DNA of 64,000 nucleotides from Camelus ferus (taxonomy: Eukaryota), in the NCBI RefSeq assembly GCF_009834535.1, contig NC_045696.1:62064001-62128000 (forward strand), written 5' to 3'. Below the pieces are notes generated by a model. That model had not been told where the DNA came from and did not search any database. It saw only the letters and a list, made by a program, of their open reading frames with translations. Positions 41,111-54,121 of the stretch are shown piece after piece (within the stretch, counting starts at the first letter, position 1; the number at the start of each line of letters is the position of its first letter). The position numbers were made by a program, and so were the translations under genes.

Positions 41111-42871
41111 ACTTCGCAAAAGAATAGATACTAACGTCAAACATGAAAATATGCTCAACATCTTAAGTCGTAAGGAAATGTAAAATAAAACCACAATGAG
41201 ATACTACTGCGTACCCACTAAAATGGCTGAAGTTTTTTTAGAAAAGACAAATATTGGTGAGAATGTGACACAACTGGGACTCCCACACACTGCTAGAATA
41301 TGAACTCACCATTCTTATACCTAGGAAATGAAAACAACCACTAGATATCCAACAGAAATAAAAAGATATGTCCACACAAAAAACTCGTACATGAAGCTTC
41401 AGACTATTCAAAATTGCCCCAAACTGGTACCAATGTAAATGTCGATCAACAGATATGAATAAACAAAATGTAATAAATCCATATAATGGAATATACCTTT
41501 GCAATAAAAAGAAAACTACTGACACAAGCAACCACCTCAATGACTCTCAAAAGCATTATGCTGAGTTAAAGAAGCCAGAAACAAAACAGTACTTACTATA
41601 TGAATTCATTTATATAAAATTTTTGAAAATAAATATTATTTATAGTGACAAAAGGTGTATCAGTGGTATCTGGTAGGGAATAGAAAGTTAGATGGAATGC
41701 AAAAGAGCAAAAAGAATAGTTTTGGAATGAGGGAAATACTCTGTAACTTGATCACGGCAGTGGTTTCACAGGACTTTATAGCTGTCAAAACTAATCAAAT
41801 TGTACATTTTATGAAGATGCAGTTTACTGAACAAAATTATACTTCAAAAATGATTAAATAAAACAGTAAATTTCTGTGTATCTGTTGGAATAGATCCCAT
41901 CCTCAGGAGCAAAAGTAACACAGAGAGAATGTGAATTAAAATTTAAAGGACTCTATAAAGAAAACAAAATTTTACCGAAGTGAATAAAGTAACACCGAAT
42001 AAATGGGAAAACATAGTCATTCTTGGATAAAGGTCTGATACTTTAATAGTTCGAATTTGCCAAGAAAATAATCAATAAACTGAGTGTGTTTACAATCAAA
42101 ACTATAATGCTAGCTTTATCTGTGTAAGAGTGCTTGGCAGGGTATTGGTAATCATCATTTGAAAAAACTAGCATGTGAGAAGGCAAGAAAATTATGAACT
42201 AAAAAGTCATGAAAGGCAACTATTCTATCAAGTATAAAGAAGTGTTAGAAGTCCTCAATAATTAAAAGCTTGATAACAGCACAAACATAAGCAAACAAAT
42301 CGACTGAACAGAGTCCAACAACAAAACAAAATACATATGATTATTCAGTAATGTGATAAGAAGATTTTAAATCAGTGGGGGAATTACAGATTACTGATTG
42401 AATAGTGTTTAGTAAATGGACATCTGGAAAAAAAAATCAGGATTTTTTACAGCATAACTTTAAAAAAGAAAAAATTACATGTTAGATCACAGATCTAAAT
42501 GTAAAGAATTGAGCCAAACACTTAAACAAAACATTGATGAATTTGTTTACACACTTGGAACGGCAAAATCTAAGTAAGAAACAATATCTAGAAACAAACA
42601 AAAAACCCCTAATAAACTTGAATACACAAAGTTTAAAACCTCTGTATCACTAATTTAGAAAGAAAACTCTGGTTGTAGGATAAGAGTAGAATTATATTAC
42701 AAAAAGGCTAGTTTTCTAATGTATACTAAAGTCTCATTACTCAATTAAAAAAATTACTATGTCATAAATTAGCAATTCATTTCAAAAGGAATTACAAACA
42801 GCCAAAAATCAATATGAAAAGATGTTCACCCTTCCACTCATAAAGAAATACACTTACTATCTGGGCAGATC

Positions 42872-43516
42872 TGAGACAGGAAGGAAGAGGGCAGGGCACA
42901 GTCATTAAAATAATGACACAGCCCCTAAGAAAAAAAACAGGATATGATAGAAACTGGTCAGAACCAACTAGGCCCAAGATGGCGGAAGATTTGACTTCCA
43001 GTAGACCTTGAGATTCATTGTATGCTCACTGTAATACATTAGCTTGCTAAATGACACATCCACAGGCACCATGACAGTTCCAAGGCTGGTCATAAAAGGC
43101 CAAAAAGTGGATGGTGGCCCAATTCCTGGAAATTCCCACACCTTCCCCCAAATAGTTGGAATAATCCTCCCACTTGTTAGCCTATGAAATTACCCATCCC
43201 ATAGAAATTTAACAACCCCTGCACCTCTGGGCCACTCTCACTTTCCCAGATGACCCCATACCCTGGAGCAGCTCTCCTTTCTGAGACAGACCACACTCTG
43301 CCTATGGGATGTGTACCTCCTAGGGCATCTCTTGCGCTCGTACTCTGTCTATGGAGTGTGTAACTCTCTGAATAAATCTACGTTCACTTTACTGTGGCTT
43401 ACTCTTGAGTTCTTCCCCGCCCGAAGCCAAGGACCCTTACTTGGCAGGGAGCATCCCAGGGACTCGCTTGAGACCTGGGACACGACCATCCTCTAGTGCC
43501 CCATTTTCCTGCAACA
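42872..43516 (+). mobile_element. Solo ERV LTR, relatively young, family not identified
   Basis: Ends tgagacagga...tcctgcaaca (imperfect inverted repeat), AATAAA at 43371, CpGs retained, embedded in old L1 sequence. Confidence 0.8.
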
Positions 43517-44639
43517 CATGAACAAAAACATAAATGCCTGGTAATACCTAGTGTTGGTGAGGGTATGGAAAAACAGAAACTCTTAACAAATGAGTGGAAA
43601 TGTAAATGAGGATAACTTTTTCTTGCCAGCAATTTAACACTACCAAAATATAAAACACACATCACCCTTGACCCAGGAAGTCCTTTTTCATAATATCAGC
43701 TAAGTTGTCATGAGTCACAAATGATATTACTTTATAGAGAAAATACAAAATAGTATGTAAGTCAACAGTCAGAACTGGTAGTATTTTAAAGCTGTAGTGA
43801 TTAAGACAATGAGTAACTGCTGTGTGGAACAAAAGAAAGAACCCAGAAATGGACTCACATATGGGAATTTATGACACAGTACAGATCACTGGGAAGATGG
43901 AAAGAACTTGTCAGTAAGTGAGACTAGGACAACTGGGTAGCCATTAGAAAAATTGAAATGGGATTTCTACATCTCATACAAAAAAAAATTAATTTCAGGC
44001 AGATGTGAAAGTCAAAACTATAAAACTTTCAGAATATAATACGGCAGATTTCTCTTTATGACTTCTGGCTCTGGAAGAATATTCAAAACAAGACATGAAA
44101 TGTATAAAACAACAAAAAAAGACTGGTAGTCTGACATTAAAATTATGTGATCTAATGATCAAAAAATATCAAAAAGGGCTGGTTAAAAACATCATAAGCC
44201 ATAGAATGGGAGAAGGCATTTCTGATCCTTACAACCACAACAAATTTAAATTCAGAATGTTTTAAAAATCCCCACAAATCAGTAAGAAAAAGAAAAGCAA
44301 TCCAACAGAAAGAAAAGTAGGTGAAAGAAATGAATAGTCACACTATCCAGTGGTTCAAAAATGTGCAAAACAATACAATACTGTTTAGAAGTTATAGAGA
44401 AAAGCAAGCAATCCCAAATACAGAATTATAATTATTGAATATGAAAGGAATGGGATGGGATCTGAGGCAGGCAAAAAGGAGACTTCTAAATAACTAGGTA
44501 GTAATTTTTGATTATTCTTAATGTTACATAGAGATTCTTTACAATTCAACATATTTCTTACATATTAGTTTGTATTTACTCAATATTTAATAAATGCAAA
44601 TTTTAAATAGTTGCAAATGATTAAGAAACTACCATTTAC

Positions 44640-46337
44640 TAAACCTTTGGTAGACCATCAGGGTTTAATGAACCCAATTCTAGTCTGATGTGTGTGTTTT
44701 AAGCAATTCTATCTGTAAGGATTGCTCTTCCCTAATTTTTGTTCTTTTGTAAGGGCTTCCATATAACAAAAAGGAAATGTACTTTCTTATATATAGAATA
44801 AAATTCATTCTATCTTGAAATAAATCATCACTATTGCATCATCCTTCAGATATCACCTTTGCAGAAGGGAGTGATCAGCATAAACCATACTGTTTGCATA
44901 AACAGTTTAGGCACAATGAACCACTTTTATCAGTCAGTGGAGGGTATCCTCTTGAAATCTAAGTTCCCAGATACCAGCCAAGGACCAGCTTTGCAAGCAG
45001 ACCTTTTCAAGAACAGCAATTTATGTTACGTTAACTCTTTTCTGCACACCAACAACAACGGGAAAGAGAAAAATAAACTGACATTTTCCAATTACTAGCT
45101 GATCAGAAGAACAGAATGAATGAATGAAAACAGAGCAGCACTGTAAACTAATGATGATGGTGAATCTGGTTATATAAGTAAAATCTAAGACTACAAATCT
45201 TCAGATGACAATATTCTAAATGAATCTTCTTAATTTCAAGAACAGATGAGTGAAAAACTAAAGACAAAAATCTGCTTTTCATCCACTTAGTCAAGGACTT
45301 TATTATGCAACATTTTTTGACAAGAACTTGGACCATACTGCTAACCTAAAGGAAAGTGTAACAGTATACTATTATTTTTTACTATTTATGCACCACGACT
45401 TTCTCCATGCAGTTCATAAGTAGACAACTGTTCAAGCTAGCTGTGTATACAAAGGTGAACTGAAGGAAACAGATGGTGCAGAAATGAAAAAATTCACTAA
45501 GTTGATCATTCTAATTGGTGTTGATAAATTTAAAAATGAAAATGCTTAGCAATTATGGATCAAAGACAAACGAATGTTTTCTCTACAACAAAATTATGAA
45601 TCATCAAAGCTTATAAAAAAACAGAAATTGATATCTTGAATCAGCATGTACCAAATGGATATATATTGCATGTTCATGCATGTTAGCTTATGAGTGGTTA
45701 GTTACAATCAAAAGACACTGCACATTTTTGACATAAATATCTTCAAAACCAAATGTGTTATATACATATAATGGAATATTATTCATCAACTAAAAAGAAT
45801 GTATTACTGATTTGGGCAATGATGTCAGTGAAACTTAAAATAATCTGAAAGAAGCCCGGTTAAAAAAATAGAACATATATTATTATTTCATTTATGTAAA
45901 ACTCTAGAAAGTTCAAACTAATCTATAATGACAAAAATTAAACCAGTAGTAGTCTGGGAGAAATACAAGAAGGAATTGAAAAGAAGCTTGAGGAAACTTA
46001 TAGGAGTGATGGACATGTTCACTATCTTGACTGTAGTGATGGTTTCACAAGTGTGTGTGTGTGTGTATACATATATATGTCAAATCTTGTAAAACTGCAA
46101 CCTTTTTAATATGTATAGTTTATTGTGTGTCAATTATACCTTAGTAAAGCTGATTTTAAAAACTGGATTTGTTATGTTTAGGTTCTAATTAAAATTTCTA
46201 AATGCAGTTTTAAAAATTATTCCTCTGCAAATTATTTATAAAGTGACTTAAAATATTCAAAAATAAAAAGAATAGCAATTAAAAATAAAAGGCTCACAAA
46301 GAATGATGAATAATTTTCCAGGTACACTGAAGGTTAA
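44640..46337 (+). mobile_element. Looper-like piggyBac DNA transposon fossil with nested insertions
   Basis: Imperfect terminal inverted repeats (12/17), TTAA at 46334-46337, transposase remnant EMKKFTKLIILIGV..QLW..NKIM from 45481. Confidence 0.8.
44858..45048 (-). mobile_element. Partial MER68-like LTR nested in the piggyBac fossil
   Basis: Minus strand begins tgtgcagaaaagagttaac...gcttgcaaagctggtccttggctggtatctgggaact. Confidence 0.75.
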
Positions 46338-46449
46338 GTGATTATTAACTAAGAGAAATAATCAAGGCAGTGTGTATAGCAGGTATCTTTATGCAAATAA
46401 TGAAAAGAACATAATGGAATTAATGACAATCACAACTTACTTTACATTT

Positions 46450-46640
46450 GAGGTACAAACTACTAAGTATAAAATAAATAAGCTACAAGGATTACTGTAC
46501 AGCACAGGGAATATAGCCCATATTTTATAATAACTTAAAATAGAGTACAGTCTATAAAAATACTGAATCACTGTGTTGTACACCTGAAACAAACATAATA
46601 TTGTAAGTCAACTATACTTCAAATTAAAAAGAAAGAAAAA
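46450..46640 (+). mobile_element. Short LINE-1 3' end
   Basis: ctgtacagcacagggaatatagc...tgtacacctgaaac...tcaactatacttc plus A tail. Confidence 0.88.
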
Positions 46641-47620
46641 ATTGTGAAATTCGTCAAACTTGCATTGCTTTTTTCCCTCTAAAACCAACTGAGGATCCCT
46701 TAAAAAAATCTGCCAGGAGGTCCCAGTGGCCTGGGTACCACATTTCTTAATGGCTATGAAATTCAGGGAAAGATTTCTTTTACATATATTTTAATTTCAG
46801 AAAATGCCAAGGATAGTTTAAAACGGATTTATTTTTTCTTAAAAAAAAAAACAAAACACACAGCTGTACTGTCAGAACAAACCCACTCCTGGACCTTAAG
46901 TCCAGAAAATGAATTTGTTTCACTCCTCAAAACATACTGTCAAACTAAAGTTACCATTATTTTCTACTTCTGCAGGATGAATCAGGAACTACAACTTCTG
47001 CTGCTGCCCAGGATGTTTTTATACAGGCAGTTTCCAATTGATAAGTTACAGTTCAAAAATCAGCACTTTTTGAGTATTTGAAACAACCTGAAATCCTTAC
47101 AATATAAATTATGATTAGGTTCCTAAAGCCAACCCATAAAAAGTCCTCGTCACATAATGTACCTGAGGCATATATTAGTTCAAACATAGGCAGCCATCAA
47201 ACACACACACATACACATATATGTGTATATATAATCCTGTTTTGAAATTAAAATTCAGATTACCAAAACATTCTTTGTCTTTTTTCCTACCTCCCATTCC
47301 GAAATATAAACTCAAGAAATGTCTTCTTCTACCTATTTGGTAGTAAATAGGAATATGGTAGCCAAATTGGGAAGCAGAGGCTGCTCTGACTTTCTTCATC
47401 TGAAAACTCAAGTAATTTTTTAAGTAAATATTTAAAAATCACATCACCTGCAATCACCACTGATGGGATATGTTCAAACCAAGTTTATAAATGCTCAGTA
47501 AACTTTATAATAAAATGCACTCCAAGAATGTGATATATCATAAATGTTTTACATTCAAAACTTCCCTCACATGTTTGTGGAACTTTGAAGTCCTAATTCT
47601 TCCTTAATTAATACGGTCCT

Positions 47621-48021
47621 TGTTTTGGGTTGAATTGTGCACCCCAAAATTCATCTGTTGAATCCCTAAGTCCTAGTACCTCAGAATATGACTGCATTTG
47701 GAGATAGGGCTTTTAAAGACATGATGATGTTAAAATGAAGCCATTAGGGTATGATAATCTAATCTGACTGGTGTCCTTATAAGAGGAAATGTGAACACAC
47801 TGAGAGACACACAAGGGGGAGACAGTGCACAAAGGAAACAGACTGAGAAAAGGCAGCAAAAGGATGGCCCTCTGCAATCCAAGGAGAAAGATCTGAGAGA
47901 AAAAATCAACTCTGCCAGATTCTTGGACTTCAGCTTCAAGAACAAAGAGAAAATAGAACTTTGCTGTTTAAGCCTTTCAGTCTGCGGTATTTTATTATGA
48001 AAGTCCTAGTAAACTAACACA
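47621..48021 (+). mobile_element. MaLR LTR (MLT1B/C-like)
   Basis: tgttttgggttgaattgtg...cctcagaatatgactgcatttggagatagggc...aaactaacaca. Confidence 0.88.
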
Positions 48022-49052
48022 AAGCTTAAAAAGCAATCACTAATCATGTACACTGCGTTTTCTTACCGGGTTTTTATTCCAACATTCTCACCAAATTTCT
48101 AAATTAGAGCAGGATTTCCTTTGTTCACTGCTATATCCCCCTAGTACAGATGCTCAATAAATAATTACTGAATGAATGTTAAATGAATGCATACATGAAT
48201 GAATGAGTCAATCAAATAATTGTGATTTTCTTCATAAAAATTATAGTAGACGTATCTCCTGTTGTAAATTCCTTAAATAATACCAGTTTCAATGTTATAT
48301 AATCAAACAGGTGGTGTTTGTTTTAAAGTGAAATATTCTTTCAAAATTTGTCAAGTTTTCCACTTGTAACTCAATTGTGAAAAAGAAAATTTCATGCATA
48401 CACATATAAATACATTCTTAAAGGAATACAAGAAAAACTACATTCAAAAGTAACAGATTTTCAAATAAAGTAAAAGACTAATTATTAATATATCATAGTA
48501 TATGGTTTTAAATGGATATGAGGGAAAACAAATAAGCAGCTATTTCTACCTGTAGACTTACAGGCCTAGTGCTATCAGCAAGTGCTACCAGAAACTATTT
48601 ACCATACATCGAAGAATTATTTACTTTAATACATTTACTTTAAGGAAGGAATTTAATACAGTATCCTGAAGGACTGAGGAATTAACTGAAGACCCAAAGT
48701 TACTGAAGAATAACTTTTCTCATTTGGAGAAACCAAGCAGTCAATAAAAAAGAATTCCACACAACATTGTAACCTGACTATAACCGCCCCCCCCTCAAAA
48801 GAATCCAAAACAGAACAGTACACTAAAGATATTGGTTCACTGTCAAAGTTGGGAACACAGCCAAGACAAAGTATATTCAATCTTAGAAAAAGGAGGAAGA
48901 TATTAGAGGAAGCTTGTGCTTTAACATAAGGCATTTAACATTATTGTTAAAAATTATTCTAATCCAATTATCTAATTAGAATGAGCAGTCTGATATTGGT
49001 CATTATTCATTACAGAGTATTTCCCAATTTGTAATCTATTTTGAAACTATTC

Positions 49053-49152
49053 TTTTTTTTTAATTGAAGTATAGTCAGTTACAATGTGTCAATTTCTGGT
49101 ATATAGCACAATGTTCCAGTCATGCATATACATACATATATTTGTTTTCATA
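49053..49152 (-). mobile_element. About 100-bp 5'-truncated young LINE-1 tail
   Basis: Poly-T plus aattgaagtatagtcagttacaatg; flanking near-direct repeats tgaaactattct / tgaaactgtattct. Confidence 0.85.
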
Positions 49153-52100
49153 TGAAACTGTATTCTTAAATAAGAATATGTGAAGTCACCTATTAATGCT
49201 TATTAGTAAACTGGTCTGAGGGAAGCCCTAGGTACCATATACCATAATCCCAGGCTAAAGGGACACGCTTCTTATACCTCAGTGTGTATAGAACTAATCC
49301 AAAGGTAGGTTTTTGCAATGTTTACTTTCACTTCTGAAGGTTAGAGCAAAGAAGTGAAAGAAGTGAAAAGAGCTCCAACTGGACTTCACTGTTTTATTTC
49401 AACTAAATAGATAATATCATTTAATTAGCCATATCTATTAGCATGTCTGCAATTGATCAGATTTCAGTAAAAAAAAAATTACTGCGCTTATACACGAAGT
49501 CAGACTCTGTAGGTTGCTTCACCTAATACTACAATTTATTTTCTTTACTCTTCTCTAATAAAAAGGCTATAAAAGCTAAATGCTAGGTGTCCTACTCTCC
49601 CTTACTACTACTAGAGCCTATATGTCATGGTTCTAATCAGTGAACTATAAGCAGATGCCTTTTAGCTTTATAAACTACACTCCTTTCCCTTTCCCATCTC
49701 TTCCTGTTTTCAGGGCTAGAGCTCCAACAGTCATCTTTAAACGAGGCAAAGGCCAAGAGAAAGGCAGAGATGTCACCAGCTATAGTGGCTGCATACTTCC
49801 AAGCTGATTATAATTAGGATAAAAAATAAAGGCCCACTTGCTCCAAGCCATTGTCAGTTTAGAATTTAATTACTTGCAAACACAATCTTTAAGCCTGAAT
49901 GAACTAAGTGAAGTAAATGGGCCATACAGGTCAAAGCTATGCTGTTAAGACTTTTCCCTTCAGGGAAGGGGTAGGGAGCTGGGAGGGCTGGTGAGAAGGG
50001 AAGGCAATTACATAACAGTTAGACAGTGCTTCTCAAACTTTTCCACCAAATTTCTAATAACAAAAAACAAATCATCAAGGATATGAGGAGATAGAGCAAG
50101 GAATCATAGCTATACATACAATATTTCTTCAAAACCTTATCTTTCATCTTATACAAATACCACATATATAATTACACTTACACAGATTATCCATTAACCT
50201 ACTCAAATGATATATCACAAGTTTCAATATGAAAATAAGATTTTAAAGTCTTTTTCTTATTAAAAATATACTCAATAAAAAATATATATATACACACACA
50301 CACTTTTTGATACCCACCAATATACCATGCTTGTTCCTGAAGCTACCTATATCCTAGGCCAAGAACCATAGCTGTAAGGTAACTACATCACTTCTAATAA
50401 AAACAGAATCACCAAAATTTAGCACCTTGGAATATCTTCCTGTGAGAAGACACTCACAAAAACATTCCTGACTTTTACTGGGTGTGCTGACTTCTCTCTG
50501 GGATTCTCTCACTTTAATAACTGCTGCCACCAAGTACACTTTAACGTTCTATTACAAAAAGCTTTATAATGGCTTCCCTTAGGGAACAGTTAGTAAAAGC
50601 ATGAACTCATAAGAGCTTCTAGTCTTATATTATGGAAGAATAAAAAAATGTAATTTCCTTTACAAAATATAAGTTTCTGATCTTAACACAGCTCATTTCC
50701 TCCCAGGGAATCTTAGGCTCTGGTCTTATTGCACCTACTATTTTGAAATAGCTAATTCTAATCTAAAGAGTTGGCATACCCTGGCACAATAAGTTTGCTC
50801 AGTCTGTCAACAGCCAGCCTCAAGGAAATGCATCCTAGACAGTCTTGTAATCTAGATTAAGAATTCCAAGTACCCTCTACATTCTCTCTACATTCCCCAG
50901 GGTCTATTCTCTGAGTTCTAATACTAGAGATGAGAGATAAGCAAGCCTCCTTCTGGAGACTGACACCAGAAAGTAACTCACCTTTTAGTGTTACTACTCC
51001 ACCTATCTACCTACCACCTACATTCACACACACACATGCATGCATACACGCATGCAAAAAGGCTTTAACAGATGACTCCTTCCTCATGATAACCTATTAT
51101 TGGAACTGCCTTGGATGGATGTCTCATCAAGAATAGTACAGTCAGAGGTTAGCTTCAGTCACACAGAGAGCTGACTTTTAAAAAATACATTTTCAACAAA
51201 CTAGGTGGTGCTTTTATTATTTTTCAAAAGTTCACAGCCACAAATGAAAACTCTAAGTTTATTTTAAAATGTGATTCAGAATTTGCATGCATAGATTACT
51301 TGCTATTTACCTATAAATTAAGTAAGCAGTGACTGATACTAAAGTACCAGTAGTATTAGAAAATAAAGCTTATGCTCATGTACAGTACTGGTATTATGCT
51401 TATGCATTAGAAAAATTTGTTTACCCTTATTGTTGCAAGCTGTTTTTAATACGCGTTAATCAAAAGTTGCAGGATAATTTGACCTTTTGTTAATATTTTC
51501 CCCCGTCTTCCCAAAAAGTGCTCTGCTTTAATTACATGTTAAAAATTTTCATCTAAATTTAGTTGTATTTAAATGCAAAGCTTTAAATGGTAAATTCTGA
51601 ACATACATAAATACATGCATTAATGAAAAACGCCACTAGGACACCTGTACTCTTTGAAGCTATATTTCTGTATACAGGCACCCCCTTCACCTCGCTTTTT
51701 GAAAGTTTGCTTTAGGCCAGTTCCCTTTTACGAAAAGACATACATTATTACTTGTTTTCCCTAAATGACAGAAATCCAAAGAGGATTTTGGCTTTTATGG
51801 AGAAAGGCGGAAAGTGAAAATAGTGTTCAGCATTTGTTTTGCAATGAGCCATTACAGAGGCAGAGTGCACCTCAAGCAGCAAGAGTGGCATCGCCAAGCT
51901 CCTTCCCGAGGAACTGCACTCAGCATCAAGCTGTCATAGCTTTGAACTGTTCTGTAAGTACCTGAGCTTTATCTCGATTTATTTTCTACATCCACTTAGC
52001 AAGATACATCCTAAGGTAATTGCTTCCTTGCTTTATGCCATTTTCGCTTTCAAAGGATGCTCTACTTTCAGATAGTGGAAGAAACCTGTATAGTCTGTTA

Positions 52101-52320
52101 CCAATGCTATCTGCTGTGTAATTCAATTTGGAAAAACAGTCTTTAAAAATTCTATCCACAAAAGTTTAAGCAAAGAAAAAACATTCTTTTAATACAAATT
52201 CAACTATCTAATTATTTCCTAAGTAGATAAGTACAGTGACTTAGATTCCCTTTTAACTATCTAAAATTACCTAGTAGGATCACAGCAAGACATTTTCAAT
52301 AAAAATTTTTCCGAATTTTC

Positions 52321-52334
52321 CCACCAGGGGGCAA
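52321..52334 (+). promoter_or_regulatory. Candidate CTCF motif
   Basis: CCACCAGGGGGCAA matches 13/14 of CCASYAGRKGGCRS, in non-repeat AT-rich DNA. Confidence 0.55.
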
Positions 52335-54058
52335 ACAAGCACCTCAAGTGGTAATTTATGATGAATACCAGAGGATCTAAAGTGGTTTAAGAAGTGTTGG
52401 TGTGGTGGTGGTAGTCAAAGTTTACAGAGATTATTAGACAAATTATGAGCAATGGTATGCTACTTTCTTAAAAACTGATTCTATAAGGACAGCATTCTTA
52501 AAACACCTTATAATACCTCATGAGGTATTTAATTTGCCTAAATACAAAAGAAGGAAAAATATTAGTGTTAACTTTATAAAAATATTATTTAAAAAATTAA
52601 AAAACCTTTTCCCAAGATGGGCTTAAACAAGTACACTCGACTTAATGCTATGATATTTCAGAAAGACTCTGAAGCTTAGCAGAAGAAACACTTTAATAAT
52701 AAGCATTCAAGTTAGTTTAAGCAGGTCATATAAATTATTCTGCCTCAGTTTATTTAACTGTCAGCTGAATATTAAATACACTTGCCAACACTTCTTTAAG
52801 ATTCTGCTAAGAATTGAGAATCACATACAATAAATAAACTTTTAAAAATAAAAAGATTGAAAAAACCTTTTCCTAGACATCCTGCTGTGGACACTACCTG
52901 AAAAAAGCAGGCTTAACACTCAAGGGAAAACAAAAATGTAGCTTGAGCTATTTAAACCATACATATGAATTTTACACTGGTTCAGTTTAACAACCAATAA
53001 AAATATTAAAACAAACTCTTAAAAAAAACTGTTCCCATAAGCAGCATATTTTTAATGCACAACCATTCTATGTTATGCTTCATAAGATGTTTCAGAAAAT
53101 TTCTAAAATATCACTAGGAAAATAAGAACTCTCTGACACTGCAAAGAGTTTAAAATGGGGAGAAATGAAAGACTTAGGTGACCAGAAAAGCAATATATTC
53201 TCTAATAAATGAGTGAAAAACACTTTCGGTATAATTTTTTAGTCAATTAGCCATTTGGAGATCTTTTCACATCATCAACTTGAAAGTTTCAGTCCTACAA
53301 AAACCAAGAAAAAGGTTTCATTTAAAACCATACTTCAGAGTAAGTAATTATTCCCCAAATAAATTTTCATTAGAAAGCTCTTCCGGCTTTCAACTTGGTT
53401 TTGAATCACATGCTGTTTTTGATCACAGAAATGAAGTAAAAATACATCACTTCCTTATGTCATTTAATATTTTATATAAAGAAACCAAATCATTTATCTT
53501 TAAGGCAAACTTTACATTTATTTTCTTTCAATAAGTCATATCTCTAATTAATATAACCAATGTTTCACTTACAGGATGTTTCTTTTGTTGTTTGTACTGT
53601 TCAAAAGACTTTTTCCCCTCTACACAATCTAAATACCAACATTTGATTTAGTACCAAAATTACAAAGCTGATGACATGAGTTTAAACATAAAACCTGCCA
53701 TTAATAATTTCTTCCATCAGAATGATATCAGAAGGCATTTCCAGTCCTGCATATCAATGTTGTTTCCTGTATACTGAATTTTCCACAGTAGCAAAACATA
53801 AAAATCAAGTCAATGATCAATCTTTATTAATGGAGAATGACAATATTTTACGTACAGCTTTCATAAAACAATTTTCCCATTACACTTTCACTGTACACAA
53901 GCCAATTGTTTACTTGTATCATACACACAAAAGACAGGGAATTATACCCTGAATTAAAGTCAATCAAACCATTAAATCTGAATTATAATTATTTCTTTGT
54001 TGAAATAACTACTGAATTTTAAAACCAATCTTTTTTTAGAAGTATTATTCAAACCCAT

Positions 54059-54121
54059 CTTACATCCAAAGAAAAAGGATACTGTGCTGTTGGTGCATGC
54101 TACTTTATAGTAGCCTAACAT
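54059..54121 (-). pseudogene. DLG1: Apparent vestigial DLG1 first exon homologous to the palmitoylated PSD-93 N-terminus
   Basis: MLGYYKVACTNSTVSFFFGCK is 13/21 identical without gaps to recalled DLG2 MICHCKVACTNNTLSLMFGCK. It lies on the gene strand upstream of the KYRYQ exon, and the expected donor reads AAG|atgggt. Confidence 0.8.

Larger units (their letters stand above)
37040..41865 (+). mobile_element. Degraded LINE-1 ORF2 to 3' UTR, interrupted by two LTRs
   Basis: Endonuclease-region remnants near 37040-37650, RT remnant EEIKLSLFTNDMIVY near 39570-39620, 3' UTR to about 41865. Confidence 0.85.

Noticed and set aside
50975..51056. Strong donor AAG|gtgagt with three nearby TGCATG motifs on the gene strand
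   Set aside because: A stop directly precedes the donor in phase 0, there is no clear acceptor or start, and the motifs lie in CA/TG low-complexity sequence.
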